Part shown: piece after piece, positions 35,039 through 45,293 of the stretch
Numbering within the stretch: position 1 is the first letter of the stretch
Layout: each line of letters begins with the position of its first letter
From: a virus
Taxonomy: Duplodnaviria; Caudoviricetes
Length of the DNA: 55,222 nt
Virus record (IMG/VR): IMGVR_UViG_3300012942_000007
Location: 1 to 55,222 of that record
Reading direction: 5' to 3' (one strand)
Notes under the pieces: model-generated
What the model saw: only the letters and a program-made list of their open reading frames with translations
The model's database searches: none
What the model was told of the DNA's origin: nothing
Program-made: the position numbers and the translations under genes

Positions 35039-36434
35039 TGTCATTCCGATGTTCATGGAATCTGAACACGACGATTTGACGCGTGTTGATATCGAGCAAT
35101 CTCTCCTGGGAGAGATGATTTTTTGGCCGGCAGTTTTGGAGCGCCTGCCCGGCACATTGTCAGACGCGCATTTTACGCATCCATGGCACCAAGAGATTTT
35201 TCGGGCCATAAAGGCAATCGCCGCGACCGGGACAGTTGACCTGATCGCGTTGACGCAGGCGCTGCGCGGAGGCCCTGTCACGAATGTGTATCTCGCCGAC
35301 CTGACAAAAGCCGCACTGGCGCCAGCGTCCGCCCCGGCTCACGCAAGCGCGGTGATTGATCTGTGGCGGCGCCGCGAAATGGTCAGGATATCTAATGACA
35401 TGGCAGCCAAGGCTCGCGCCGGATCGGAATATTCTGATCCCACGAGCGCGGCTCTAATAGCCATGTCTGAGCTTGACGCACTTTCGCTGGCCGCCGCGCA
35501 GCAACAGACGATGTTTGGCCTGGCTGAGGCTGCCGATGAGGCACTGGCCCGTGCGCGAGACGCTGCGGCTGGCAAGGTGACGGGAGTGACGACTGGATAC
35601 CGTAGCCTGGATGCGGCGATGGGAAATCTTGAGCCTGGATGCCTGTATATCCTCGCTGGACGCCCCGGCATGGGCAAAACTGCGCTGGCGCTTGGTATGG
35701 CGCTAAACATGTCCAAAGCGGGCGCGCGGGTGTTCTACGACAGCCTCGAAATGCAATCCGCACAGCTTGGGCGCCGAGCCATGGCTCTGGTGTCAGGAGT
35801 GCCTCATTTCGTCATCAAGCGCGGCATTTACTCAGAGCGGGAATTCCAGGCAATTAGCCGGGCCAGAGCCTCATTTTCCGGACTGCATCTAGAGATCGAC
35901 CAACAGGCCGGAATCAATATGGCAATGGTTGCGCTTAAGGCGCGCACGGCCAAGCGGAAGATGGGTGGTCTGGACGCGATCTTCGTGGACCATATGCATA
36001 TCGTAGCACCTGAATCCAGCGACGAGCGCAACGGTGCTACCTGGGCCGTTAAGAAGGTTTCCAACGCCCTCAAGAAGCTCGCGGTGGACATGGATGTGCC
36101 GGTCGTCGCCTTGGCCCAGCTTAATCGCGGGCTTGAGGGAAAAGAGGACAAACGTCCCGGCATGTCGGATCTGCGGCAATCCGGCGACATTGAACAGGAC
36201 GCGGACGGCATCATGTTCGTCTATCGCGGGGAATATTACCTAAAAAGCGAGCCCGAGAGGACGCCGCTGCAATCCGCGTCGGCGCACCAAAAAGCGCTTG
36301 ACGACTGGCACGAGGCGAAAAGCAGGCTTGCCGGGAAGGCTGAAATCATCATTGCGAAACTGCGCGAAGGCGAGCCGGGCTCGGTGCACATGACCTTCGA
36401 CGGAGCGCGTACTGCATTTGGAGACGCTGAATAA
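35031..36434 (+). CDS. dnaB: DnaB-like replicative helicase
   Basis: 'AGRPGMGKT', 'SLEM', 'LAQLNR', 'DLRQSGDIEQDAD'. Confidence 0.95.
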   Translation: MPDVIPMFMESEHDDLTRVDIEQSLLGEMIFWPAVLERLPGTLSDAHFTHPWHQEIFRAIKAIAATGTVDLIALTQALRGGPVTNVYLADLTKAALAPASAPAHASAVIDLWRRREMVRISNDMAAKARAGSEYSDPTSAALIAMSELDALSLAAAQQQTMFGLAEAADEALARARDAAAGKVTGVTTGYRSLDAAMGNLEPGCLYILAGRPGMGKTALALGMALNMSKAGARVFYDSLEMQSAQLGRRAMALVSGVPHFVIKRGIYSEREFQAISRARASFSGLHLEIDQQAGINMAMVALKARTAKRKMGGLDAIFVDHMHIVAPESSDERNGATWAVKKVSNALKKLAVDMDVPVVALAQLNRGLEGKEDKRPGMSDLRQSGDIEQDADGIMFVYRGEYYLKSEPERTPLQSASAHQKALDDWHEAKSRLAGKAEIIIAKLREGEPGSVHMTFDGARTAFGDAE

Positions 36435-37354
36435 TGGCAAAACCAGAAGAAGAAAAACGTCGTCCTTGGATGAAGTTTTACCCCGCCGACTGGCAAGCCG
36501 ATGAAGGGCTTGGCCAGTGCAGCCTCGCCGCTCGCGGATTATGGATTGAGCTAATCGCTATGATGCACAAATCGTCTCCATTCGGCCATTTGCTGATTGC
36601 CGGAAAAGTTCCGACCCCAGCTCAAGTCGCGGTGCAAGTAAAGTCAGACGTTAAAACCGTAACAAAGGCTCTTGGGGAGCTTGAGCAATGGGGAGTTTTT
36701 AGCCGCACGGAAGAGGGCGTGATTTTTTCTCGCCGCATGATCGCCGACGAGAAAAAGGAACAAACGGATAGGGCGAACGGAAAAGGGGGAGGTAATCCTA
36801 ACCTGACAAAAAAACAACAAATGGGGGTTAACCCCCCAGATAACGGGGAGGTTGGAAATAAAGATAACCCCCCAGATAACGGGGTGGATAAAGCCCAGAA
36901 GCTAGAGGCTAGAAGCCAGAGTAAAGTAGTAGCACTTGGCACTGACGGAGAAACGCGCGACCCGGCAGGCTTGCCGCCGAGTGATCCATTCCCCCGCTAC
37001 CAAAACCCCCCGGGCAATCCGCCCATGCCGCCCCGTGGCTCGCCGCCCGAGGCCTGGCTGCATCTCGGACCGCCCGAACTCGACGACCGGACCGGCATCA
37101 CGCACGCCGTCGTCGGCGACAGCTACATCGACCTCGCGGCCGACGCGGTGTGCCAAGCCGCAAAAATCCGGGAGGAACGCTGGCGCGGAGACTGGCGCCC
37201 GTTGATCGAATGGCTGCGCGATGGGATTAATTTCCACCAGACGATCCTGCCGGCAGTCCAATCCGTCGCCAGCAGGCCGGGCTACAAACCGCCTGGAAGC
37301 CTGAGGTATTTCGACAACGCCGTGCGCCAGTTGCACGCCGAGATGGCGGCATGA
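36434..37354 (+). CDS. Replication initiator (O-like)
   Basis: 'PWMKFY..DW..D..L..CSL.ARGLW', 'SRRM..D', 'G.KGG.P'; internal iterons. Confidence 0.78.
   Translation: MAKPEEEKRRPWMKFYPADWQADEGLGQCSLAARGLWIELIAMMHKSSPFGHLLIAGKVPTPAQVAVQVKSDVKTVTKALGELEQWGVFSRTEEGVIFSRRMIADEKKEQTDRANGKGGGNPNLTKKQQMGVNPPDNGEVGNKDNPPDNGVDKAQKLEARSQSKVVALGTDGETRDPAGLPPSDPFPRYQNPPGNPPMPPRGSPPEAWLHLGPPELDDRTGITHAVVGDSYIDLAADAVCQAAKIREERWRGDWRPLIEWLRDGINFHQTILPAVQSVASRPGYKPPGSLRYFDNAVRQLHAEMAA
36829..36884. repeat. Iteron-like 20-bp direct repeats (putative origin)
   Basis: TAACCCCCCAGATAACGGGG at 36829 and 36865, next to an A-rich tract. Confidence 0.7.
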
Positions 37355-37632
37355 GCGCCCTCGCTGCCCGTGCACGCGGCTTGCCGTTGCGGCCCGATCT
37401 TGCTCGGGCGTTGGCTGAGCATGAGGCTGGGCAGTGATGGCGAGCCGGATTGTGCGGATGCTGGGAAAATCCGGGGCGCCTGATGCCGTCGCGCGCGCGT
37501 CTGGTGTCGTTCGACCAGACGAAACTGCACCGGCTCGTACGGGCTTTAAATCGCCGGGAAACGGCATGTGGGCAAAACCACGAAAAACGTGCCCCCCGCG
37601 CGCGTCGATCATCGAAACAATTGGAGGCTTGG

Positions 37633-38118
37633 ATGGACTGGACGGATAAAAGCATTGCCCGGCTTAGGGCGCTATGGGACGAGGGATTGTCCTCGGCGGA
37701 AATTGGGCGGCGCCTGAACTGCTCCAAGAACGCCGTTGTGGGCAAGGCGCATCGCCTGGGCCTTCCGGGCCGGGATTCGCCAATCCGGGCGGCGGCCGGC
37801 AAGCCGTCGGCTCCCAAACCAGCCGTCAATGAGCGCAGGAAGGCCTTGAGCAGCATCTCCGGCGTCAGGGCGGTCCCTGTTGCGCCGAAGCCCGTACGGC
37901 GCTCCGCGCCCTCCGATGGCGGTTGCCGGTTTATCCCTGGCGATCCTCGCGGCAACCGCAACCCGTATTGCTGCGCGCCGTGCCAGCCGGGGAGCGTCTA
38001 CTGCCCCGAGCATCATGCGCAGTGCTACCAGCAGCCGGGGCGGATGGATGTGCCGGATGAGGCATGCACCAGAACGGCCTATCGGGCAATCATGCCGCAC
38101 ATGCTGTTGGACCAGTAA
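37633..38118 (+). CDS. gcrA: GcrA family transcription regulator
   Basis: 'MDWTD..I..LR.LW.EGLS..EI...L..SKNAVVGKAHRLGL' plus C-terminal 'C.F..GDP....C..P......YC.EH'. Confidence 0.88.
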   Translation: MDWTDKSIARLRALWDEGLSSAEIGRRLNCSKNAVVGKAHRLGLPGRDSPIRAAAGKPSAPKPAVNERRKALSSISGVRAVPVAPKPVRRSAPSDGGCRFIPGDPRGNRNPYCCAPCQPGSVYCPEHHAQCYQQPGRMDVPDEACTRTAYRAIMPHMLLDQ

Positions 38119-38132
38119 CCCAAGGACTCCCC

Positions 38133-38717
38133 ATGGCCAAACGCAAACAAAAAGCCGCCCCGCCCATCCAAGACGTCGGAACGCCGGAGCGCCTGGCAAA
38201 AGCAGCGAAGCACCACCTGACCGGCTCTCAGGCAAGCATGGACGCGCCGGGCCAGATCGACGCCACGCTGCTGCGGATTGTCCGCAACGCCGCGGGCCGC
38301 GCGCTGCGAGCCGAGGTCATCACGGCGGCGCACCGGATGTGGACAACGGGCAGCGCGGAGATGATCGCGTGCGAGACGTACATCGAGCTTTCCGCCGTCG
38401 CGGAGGGGGCGCGGCGCAACGACAATGCGTCGGGGCTGGTGTCGGGCGGCGTCCCGGCGTGGCAACGCATCCCCACCAGCGATGCCCGCCTGGACGCGCG
38501 CCGCAGGCTTGACCAGCTATGCAACCGGGCGAACGTGGCCGTTTTGGAGGCGCGCGACGCCGGCAAAAAGCTGCCGCTTGTCAGTGTCGATGCGTCGGTG
38601 GTCCTCAATGCGGTGCTTGTGGCCGGGCTGAACCTGCGTGACGCGGCAATGAGCCTCCGCATCGCCAGGGACGGATTCACCGAACTCTTTCGCGTCATGG
38701 TGGAGGGTATGGCTTGA
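38133..38717 (+). CDS. Putative late-gene regulator (DUF6456/Q-like)
   Basis: End of early operon; C-terminal HTH-like 'VLV.GL.L...A..L'. Confidence 0.45.
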   Translation: MAKRKQKAAPPIQDVGTPERLAKAAKHHLTGSQASMDAPGQIDATLLRIVRNAAGRALRAEVITAAHRMWTTGSAEMIACETYIELSAVAEGARRNDNASGLVSGGVPAWQRIPTSDARLDARRRLDQLCNRANVAVLEARDAGKKLPLVSVDASVVLNAVLVAGLNLRDAAMSLRIARDGFTELFRVMVEGMA

Positions 38718-38851
38718 GCCGGGCTAAATTTTTTTGCCCGCTCGCATTTTTCCTGTTTACTACCCCTGGGGCGATAAATTACAAGTTTCGTCAAGATGTG
38801 GTTTTTGCGTCTGTTGACGCACCATGCCCCTCCTTAAAATCCGGGAACGAT

Positions 38852-39226
38852 ATGGCGGATCACCCAAAGCCAGGGCAGATTGTCGCGTATGCGCGGCGCT
38901 GCGGTGTTGTGTATGCGGTTGATAAAACCGGGCTGCTGGTTGTTGTCCCCATCGTTTCCGGCAGATTGCAGCCGCATCGCAGCGACGTCCGTATTAACCC
39001 CATGGTTATGCTACCGGTTCGAGATGCGGTGGCGCGTACGGCCCGCGCTGCAAAGATCGACGTGAAGTACGCGAGGGTTATGGATGGCGATCTGGCCGCG
39101 ATCCTGCCGAGCATTCGAACTGCGTTGCTGGCTGAGGTAAAGGCGCAGAGGTACGAGGATGCTGGCTCCGGCTTGAGGCCGTGGCATCGTGAGGCGGCGC
39201 ACGAGCGGAGTGCTGCCAATGCCTAA
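38852..39226 (+). CDS. Hypothetical protein
   Basis: ORF after intergenic region; beta-rich N-terminus. Confidence 0.5.
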   Translation: MADHPKPGQIVAYARRCGVVYAVDKTGLLVVVPIVSGRLQPHRSDVRINPMVMLPVRDAVARTARAAKIDVKYARVMDGDLAAILPSIRTALLAEVKAQRYEDAGSGLRPWHREAAHERSAANA

Positions 39227-39494
39227 GCCCCGGACTTGGACGAGGGCGCAGGATGACGTCATCCGCAACATGCGGGCGGCGGGCGCCACGTGGCGGGAAA
39301 TTGCGCATCGCTTGGATATGTCTCGCAATACGGTGATTGAGCGAGGCCGCCGCATCCAGGCAACGCTTTGCCGCACCCCGAGTACGCCGGGGCCTGTTGC
39401 GCCTATGCAGATTGACGACGCGAACCGCTCCGCCCTCCCGGCCGGTCACGCGCTGACATGGGGCTTGATTTCCGCCGCGCCGTATCCTGGCTGA
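39219..39494 (+). CDS. Small HTH protein (GcrA N-terminal-like)
   Basis: 'WT..QD..I..MR..G.TW.EIA..L.MSRN.VIERG.R'. Confidence 0.65.
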   Translation: MPKPRTWTRAQDDVIRNMRAAGATWREIAHRLDMSRNTVIERGRRIQATLCRTPSTPGPVAPMQIDDANRSALPAGHALTWGLISAAPYPG

Positions 39495-39508
39495 TGGAGT
39501 AACGACGC

Positions 39509-39970
39509 GTGGGAACCAAAGCTGGCGGTGTTGGGCAGGGTCCCGCAAAGGGCGCCGGAAACCAAAACCCGGCCCATAAGCTGGATACATCCAGCGAGGC
39601 GCAGAGCAAGCGCGCACAGGCCGGTTGGATCAAGCGCAAGATGCGGGCCTATGTCGAGGCCAATCCAGACGCCGCGGTCACGGAGCGAACCCCAAGCCGC
39701 GTTGAAATCGCCGAGCTGGCGCGAGCCAAGATGCCGCTGGCGGTTGATAAGCTTGAATTGATCTTGCACACATCGCGGTCCGACATGGCCGCCGTGCAGG
39801 CGTTTAGCGCGCTTAAGGATGTGGCTTACGGCAAAGATCCGCAATCCCTTAGCGTTGCCATGAATTTTGAGAGCATGAGCGAGGATGAGCTTAGGGCCGC
39901 ACTCCTTGCCGAGATCGGCGAAACTGACGCCGAAAGCGGCGGCGCTGCTGGCGGAACTCCGCAAGCGTAG
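39509..39970 (+). CDS. terS: Terminase small subunit
   Basis: Precedes terL; 'AYGK..Q' and 'MSEDEL' patterns. Confidence 0.65.
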   Translation: MGTKAGGVGQGPAKGAGNQNPAHKLDTSSEAQSKRAQAGWIKRKMRAYVEANPDAAVTERTPSRVEIAELARAKMPLAVDKLELILHTSRSDMAAVQAFSALKDVAYGKDPQSLSVAMNFESMSEDELRAALLAEIGETDAESGGAAGGTPQA

Positions 39971-41363
39971 GCTGCTGGGATCGTTAACCGATTGGTGCAC
40001 GCATTGCCTGGCCCCGATTGGACAAAAACCGCAGGCGCATCACCGGCTGCTGATCGAAAAGCTTGAGGCAGTCGAGCGTGGTGACATCACGCGCTTGATG
40101 GTGATGATGCCGCCCGGAGCTGCGAAATCGACGTACGCCTCGGTGCTGTTCCCGCCTTGGTTTTTGGCCAGAAAGCGCGGACGGACGGCAATCCTGGCAA
40201 GCCATACCGCCGATTTGGCTGAGGCGAACAGCGGCAAAGTCATTCGGACCATTGGCGAGTTCGGCGGCGCGATTGGGCTTGAGGCGCTTAGCCAGGGCGT
40301 TAAATACTGGCGCACGAATAACGCCGGGGAAGTCAAGTCTGCTGGTGTGGGCGGTCCCATTACGGGGCGCCGGGCGGACCTAGCTCTGGTCGACGATCCG
40401 GTGAAATCCGCCGAGGACGCCGAAAGCGTGGCCTACCGCGATAAGGCGTGGAACTGGTTCCAGGCTGATTTGTCGACCCGGCTAAAAGCCGGAAAGCACG
40501 GCGAGCCAACCGCGCGCATCGTGCTGATCATGACCCGCTGGCACGAAGATGACCTTGCGGGGCGCCTGCTTCAGAGCCAGCCGGATCGCTGGCATACCGT
40601 GAAGCTGGAAGCGCAGAACACGCGGGCCGACGACCCGCTTGGCCGTGAGATCGGCGAGTACTTGTGGTCTGGCGATCCGGATTACGATTATGGCGCGCTG
40701 CTGGCCGAGGCGAAGGCGGATTATGAGCGCAACGGCGCTATGCGGGTGTGGCAGGCGCTGTACCAGCAAGACCCGCGCCCTGGAGAAGGGGCGTTATTCA
40801 GGGCGGCCATGATTACTCATTCGCCGCCGATGCCGGGGCAATCGGTACGCGCTTGGGATTTGGCCGCCACGAAGGCGCTTGGAAGCCGCGATCCAGATTG
40901 GACGGTGGGGGCGAAGTTAACAAAGACGCCGGAAGGTAAGTTTATCATCGAGGATGTGGTGCGGTTGCGCGGCTCGCCGGATGAGGTTGAGGCGCTGATT
41001 GTCGCCACTGCATCTCGCGATGAGGCGCGCGTACAAATTAGGTTGCCGCAAGACCCAGGGCAGGCCGGCAAGGCGCAGGCGCTTTATCTAACCAGAAAGC
41101 TTGCTGGTTATCGTGTCCATTCGGCGCCGGTCACAGGCGACAAATCCACGCGTGCGGCGCCGTTTGCTTCGCAGGTCAACATCGGAAATGTTTCGATGGT
41201 AAAGGCTCAGTGGAATAATTCGCTGATTGATGAACTAAACAGCTTCCCGAACGGCGCGCATGACGATCAGGTCGATGCTCTTGCAGACGCATTTGCGGGC
41301 CTGATCGCGCCGGTCGAAATGAAGCCGGCTCGCACAGCCAATATCCCATTTATTGGTCGATAG
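39885..41363 (+). CDS. terL: Terminase large subunit
   Basis: 'MPPGAAKST', 'ITGRRADL..VDDP', 'TRWHEDDL.G', 'LYQQ.P', 'HDDQVDA'; start uncertain. Confidence 0.95.
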   Translation: MSLGPHSLPRSAKLTPKAAALLAELRKRRLLGSLTDWCTHCLAPIGQKPQAHHRLLIEKLEAVERGDITRLMVMMPPGAAKSTYASVLFPPWFLARKRGRTAILASHTADLAEANSGKVIRTIGEFGGAIGLEALSQGVKYWRTNNAGEVKSAGVGGPITGRRADLALVDDPVKSAEDAESVAYRDKAWNWFQADLSTRLKAGKHGEPTARIVLIMTRWHEDDLAGRLLQSQPDRWHTVKLEAQNTRADDPLGREIGEYLWSGDPDYDYGALLAEAKADYERNGAMRVWQALYQQDPRPGEGALFRAAMITHSPPMPGQSVRAWDLAATKALGSRDPDWTVGAKLTKTPEGKFIIEDVVRLRGSPDEVEALIVATASRDEARVQIRLPQDPGQAGKAQALYLTRKLAGYRVHSAPVTGDKSTRAAPFASQVNIGNVSMVKAQWNNSLIDELNSFPNGAHDDQVDALADAFAGLIAPVEMKPARTANIPFIGR

Positions 41364-41372
41364 GACATTGAA

Positions 41373-41594
41373 ATGGCAAAGAATTGGATCAAGGGCGCGA
41401 TCAAGCGCCCCGGCGCCTTCACGGCACAAGCCGACCGCGCGGGCAAGACGGTGCATCAGTTTGCCGTGGAGCATCAGCACGATACGGGCGTGACAGGTCA
41501 ACGCGCGCGCCTCGCGCTGACGCTGGAGGGCATGCACCACTCCAAGCATGAGCAAGCAGTCGTGCGTAAGGCAAAGCGCGAATCTGGCGAATAA
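41373..41594 (+). CDS. Small basic phage protein
   Basis: 'KNWI.GAIK.PGA.....RARLA.TL'. Confidence 0.65.
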   Translation: MAKNWIKGAIKRPGAFTAQADRAGKTVHQFAVEHQHDTGVTGQRARLALTLEGMHHSKHEQAVVRKAKRESGE

Positions 41595-41600
41595 CAGCCC

Positions 41601-43085
41601 GTGCTTGACACTCTGGCAAAAAAGATCGGTCGCGATACGGCGTTTCCGGAAAGGGTTGCGCGCCTAAATTTGTTCGATCAGGTGTTGCGTGGCCGGATCT
41701 ACGATTGCCTGAAACACTCCTTCCACGAAGAGCGCACCGGAACCGACGAGTACATCCCGCTCCGCGAGCGGAAACCGTCCGTACGGTATAATCTCTGCAA
41801 GATTGTCGTTGAAGACATGACCGCGATGGTGTTCGGGGAGGGAAGATTTCCGACCGTCACCAGCGAAAACGACGATGTCGTTCAGGCGCTCACTGACTTA
41901 ATCAAGCAATGCGCGTTGCCTCAGGTGATGCACGAGGCGGCTTGGCAAGGCTCTATCGGCTCCGTCGCCATCCTGTTCAAGGTTTTGAATGAGCGTCCCT
42001 TTTTCGACGTGATGCCGACGCGCTTCCTGACGCCGGAGTGGAAGCCTGAGGCTCCCGACGAGCTGCTGCGCGTCACTGAGCGCTACAAGGTCAGCGGCGC
42101 CGATCTTCTGGCCCGCGGCTATACGGTCGATGAAGGCGATCTTCGCGCTCAATTCTGGTTCCAGCGTGTCTGGGACGCGAGTGCTGAATCTTGGTTCCAA
42201 CCGATAAAGTCCGGAAGCGGTCAAAAGTTAACCTTCCAGCTAGACGAAGCGCGCACGGTTCAGCACGAACTTGGCTTCGTGCCTATCGTCTGGATCAAGA
42301 ACCTTCCTGGCGGCGACGAGATCGATGGCGCTTGCACCTTCGAGGGCGCGATAGAGGCGCAGATCGAGATTGAGTATCAGCTCTCGCAGGCCGGCCGGGG
42401 CCTGAAATACAGCTCCGATCCGCTGCTGATGATTCGTGAGCCCGCCGGAACGGATGGTGGAAACATGATCCGTTCCGCGGGTAATGCGCTGATCGTATCC
42501 GGTGGCGACAGGGATAGCGCTCCCGGCGATGCCAAACTGCTCGAAATCACCGGCAGTGCGGCGGATGCGGTGATCGGGTATGTACGCGCACTCAGGGAGC
42601 TTGCCCTCGAAGTCTGCCACGGCAACCGTAGCAACGCCGACAAGATCAGCGCGGCTCAGTCCGGGCGCGCCCTGGAGATGCTGCACCAGCCGCTACTTCA
42701 GCAGGCCGATGTTCTTCGGACATCGTACGGCGACAATGGATTGCTGGCGCTGATGCGGATGGTCTGCAAGGCATCTCACCGTGTCGGGCTGAAACTGCGC
42801 GGCCAGACGCTAAAAAATCTCAGCGACGAGGGTCTGGGACTGCGTTGGCCGCCATGGTTCACCGCTACGGAGGGCGATCTTAGTTCGCAAGCCAAAACGT
42901 TGCGCAGTCTGAAAGAGGGCGGCCTTATGTCGCGCGAGACGGCGGTGCAGATTGCCGCCCCGGCGTATGACATTGATGACGCCGGCGCCGAATTAGCACG
43001 AATTGAGGCCGATGAGGCCAACAGCGATACGCGCTTGGCTGCCCAGCGCGCCCAGGTCAAGGCGAGCGAAACCGTCGAGACCTAG
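41601..43085 (+). CDS. Portal protein (SPP1 gp6-like)
   Basis: 494 aa after terL; 'H.LGFVPIV', 'SG.AL' motifs. Confidence 0.85.
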   Translation: MLDTLAKKIGRDTAFPERVARLNLFDQVLRGRIYDCLKHSFHEERTGTDEYIPLRERKPSVRYNLCKIVVEDMTAMVFGEGRFPTVTSENDDVVQALTDLIKQCALPQVMHEAAWQGSIGSVAILFKVLNERPFFDVMPTRFLTPEWKPEAPDELLRVTERYKVSGADLLARGYTVDEGDLRAQFWFQRVWDASAESWFQPIKSGSGQKLTFQLDEARTVQHELGFVPIVWIKNLPGGDEIDGACTFEGAIEAQIEIEYQLSQAGRGLKYSSDPLLMIREPAGTDGGNMIRSAGNALIVSGGDRDSAPGDAKLLEITGSAADAVIGYVRALRELALEVCHGNRSNADKISAAQSGRALEMLHQPLLQQADVLRTSYGDNGLLALMRMVCKASHRVGLKLRGQTLKNLSDEGLGLRWPPWFTATEGDLSSQAKTLRSLKEGGLMSRETAVQIAAPAYDIDDAGAELARIEADEANSDTRLAAQRAQVKASETVET

Positions 43086-43139
43086 CCCGTGCCGGCCGGT
43101 TGCCGGAGCCCGCGTGATGCGGAAATCTGAGAAGGTGGC

Positions 43140-43763
43140 GTGATGCCGAAAACCGTTGAAGAACTCGAAGCCGAGGTTGCCGAACTGCGCGCTGCGCATG
43201 AAGGCGCCAAAACGAGAATTTCCGAGCTTAATAACGAGGCGAAGGGCCATAGGCTCAACGCAGACAACGCGCGCCGCGAAGCGACGGAAGCGTCGGACCG
43301 CCTGAAGTCGTTGCAGGCCGATCTCGAAAAGGCGCGTGGAATGGGTGCTGAGGCTGAAGCCAAAGCGCTCGAAAAGGTGAAGGAGGCCGAGGCGAAGGCA
43401 GCAGAAGCCGAGCGGCTGGCCAACGAAAAAGCGCAGCAGGCCCTTACGGCGGCGCAGCAGCGCAGCGTGAACGCCGATCTTCGCATCGCCGCGAAGGAAA
43501 TGGGCGCGAACGATATCGCGGACGTCCTGGCGCTTCTGCCGCGCGACAAGCTGAAGATCAGCGATGATGGCGACGTCGAGAACGCAGCCGAAATCATGGC
43601 CGAATTCAAGAAGTCCAAACCACATCTATTCGGCTCGCCTTCCACAACAAGCAACACTAATCCGCCACCGAAGCCAAAAACCGAAGCCAAGACGGCCACG
43701 GATATGAGCCCGGAGGAATGGAAGGCTGCGCGCGCCAAAATTCGGCACGGCGAGCGTGTCTAA
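43140..43763 (+). CDS. Head scaffolding protein
   Basis: Coiled coil, 'K..KPHLF', 'DMS.EE' before capsid gene. Confidence 0.8.
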   Translation: MMPKTVEELEAEVAELRAAHEGAKTRISELNNEAKGHRLNADNARREATEASDRLKSLQADLEKARGMGAEAEAKALEKVKEAEAKAAEAERLANEKAQQALTAAQQRSVNADLRIAAKEMGANDIADVLALLPRDKLKISDDGDVENAAEIMAEFKKSKPHLFGSPSTTSNTNPPPKPKTEAKTATDMSPEEWKAARAKIRHGERV

Positions 43764-43904
43764 CCGCGAAGGTCTCGCGGATACCTGAGTAAGGCCGCGA
43801 GGCCGTCGCCAACTCGCCCTTAGGCAAGGCGCGCCGCCAGCACGTCGCTGGTTTCGATAGCCGCGCAGGAAATGCGCTCATCCCTTAGATGGAGCTACCT
43901 TATT

Positions 43905-45266
43905 ATGGGAATCAATAACCTCCCCGCCGCTTTGCAGTCGATCATCCAGCAGAACTTTCTGGAACGCGAATGGCAGGATGCCTTGCGCGCCAAGATGGGC
44001 TTTCGCCAGATCGCGGATCGCGAGCCGTTTGCCGCCGGCATCGGTGAGACCATCACCAAGACGCGTCCCGGCCTGATCGGTCCGAAAACCACCCCGCTCG
44101 CGCCAGCCGCGAACAGCGATATCACCAGCGGAATCACGCCCGATAATTACTCGGTCGAGCAGTTCACGCTGGCGATCAATCAGTACGCGGATTCCATCCC
44201 GCTGAATATCGTGACCTCCAAGGTCGCGATTCAGAACCAGTTTCTCCTGAACGCCAAGCAGCTTGCTTATGGTGCCGCGCTGACCCTGGATTCCTTGGCA
44301 CGCAATATCCTGTTTGCCGCTTATCTGGGCGGCAACACGCGCGTGCGCACTACACTCGGTGCCGCGGGCGCGACCATCAGCGTCGACGACATCACCGGCT
44401 TCCAGAGTACCTTCAATTCCGAAGGGCAGGTCGTACCGGTCTCGTCCAGCAATCCGATCAACGTGACTGTCGGCGCAGACGTCTATTCCCTGACCGGCTC
44501 GGCTGCGGACGGCACCAATGTCTCCACTGCGCCGAACGGTATTTCCGGCACCCTGACTTTCGCGTCCAGCGTGACGGTAGCCGATGGCACTGCCGGTAAC
44601 AGCGTCGTAAGCGTGGTTGCGCCCACCATTCTGCGCCCCAGCGAGACCGTGAACGATCCGCTCAGCGCTGGCGTGAGCAACACCAGCTTGATCACCAAGA
44701 ACCTCTACAATGGCGGCAAGCTGACCCTGCAGTTCCTTGTGGACGCGTTGGGCGTGCTGGAAAGCAATGCGGTGCCCAAGGCAGAGAACGGCTATTACAT
44801 GTGCTATGCGGACCCGCTCCACTTCACCGGCATCTACCAGGACCCGGCGTTCCAGCAGTTCTTCCGCGGGCGCCCGGATACCGACGAGTTCCGGCAGGGC
44901 GTAATTTCCGACGCGCTGGGTGTGATGGTGGTCAAGACCAACATTAACCCCGTGCAGGGATCTCTCGGCAATGGCCCGATCAGGCGCTCCATCGTCTGCG
45001 GCCAAGGCGCTCTGATCGAGGGCGAGTATACCTCGCAGGGTTATGCCGGCGACTTGGCGGGCGGCGACGAGGATATGATCGAGGTGATCGACGGCATCGC
45101 CCACGTCACCCGCGAGCCTCTGGATGCGCTGAAGCAGGTTGTCACGCAGTCCTACGCCTATATCGGCGGTTTCTGTGCGCCGACCGATATGACGGCCAAT
45201 CCGACCACCATCCCGACCGCCAGCAACGCCAACTACAAGCGCGCGGTCGTTCTGGAGTCGCTGTAA
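43905..45266 (+). CDS. Major capsid protein
   Basis: 453 aa after scaffold; GGAG RBS; 'GETITKTR.G'; strong codon bias. Confidence 0.85.
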   Translation: MGINNLPAALQSIIQQNFLEREWQDALRAKMGFRQIADREPFAAGIGETITKTRPGLIGPKTTPLAPAANSDITSGITPDNYSVEQFTLAINQYADSIPLNIVTSKVAIQNQFLLNAKQLAYGAALTLDSLARNILFAAYLGGNTRVRTTLGAAGATISVDDITGFQSTFNSEGQVVPVSSSNPINVTVGADVYSLTGSAADGTNVSTAPNGISGTLTFASSVTVADGTAGNSVVSVVAPTILRPSETVNDPLSAGVSNTSLITKNLYNGGKLTLQFLVDALGVLESNAVPKAENGYYMCYADPLHFTGIYQDPAFQQFFRGRPDTDEFRQGVISDALGVMVVKTNINPVQGSLGNGPIRRSIVCGQGALIEGEYTSQGYAGDLAGGDEDMIEVIDGIAHVTREPLDALKQVVTQSYAYIGGFCAPTDMTANPTTIPTASNANYKRAVVLESL

Positions 45267-45293
45267 TCGGTCTTGGCCAGAAAGGATAAATCC

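Noticed and set aside
38852-39226. PemK/MazF-like toxin
   Set aside because: Only a loose resemblance (PGQIV...VVVPI.S); the RP catalytic motif and an antitoxin are not evident
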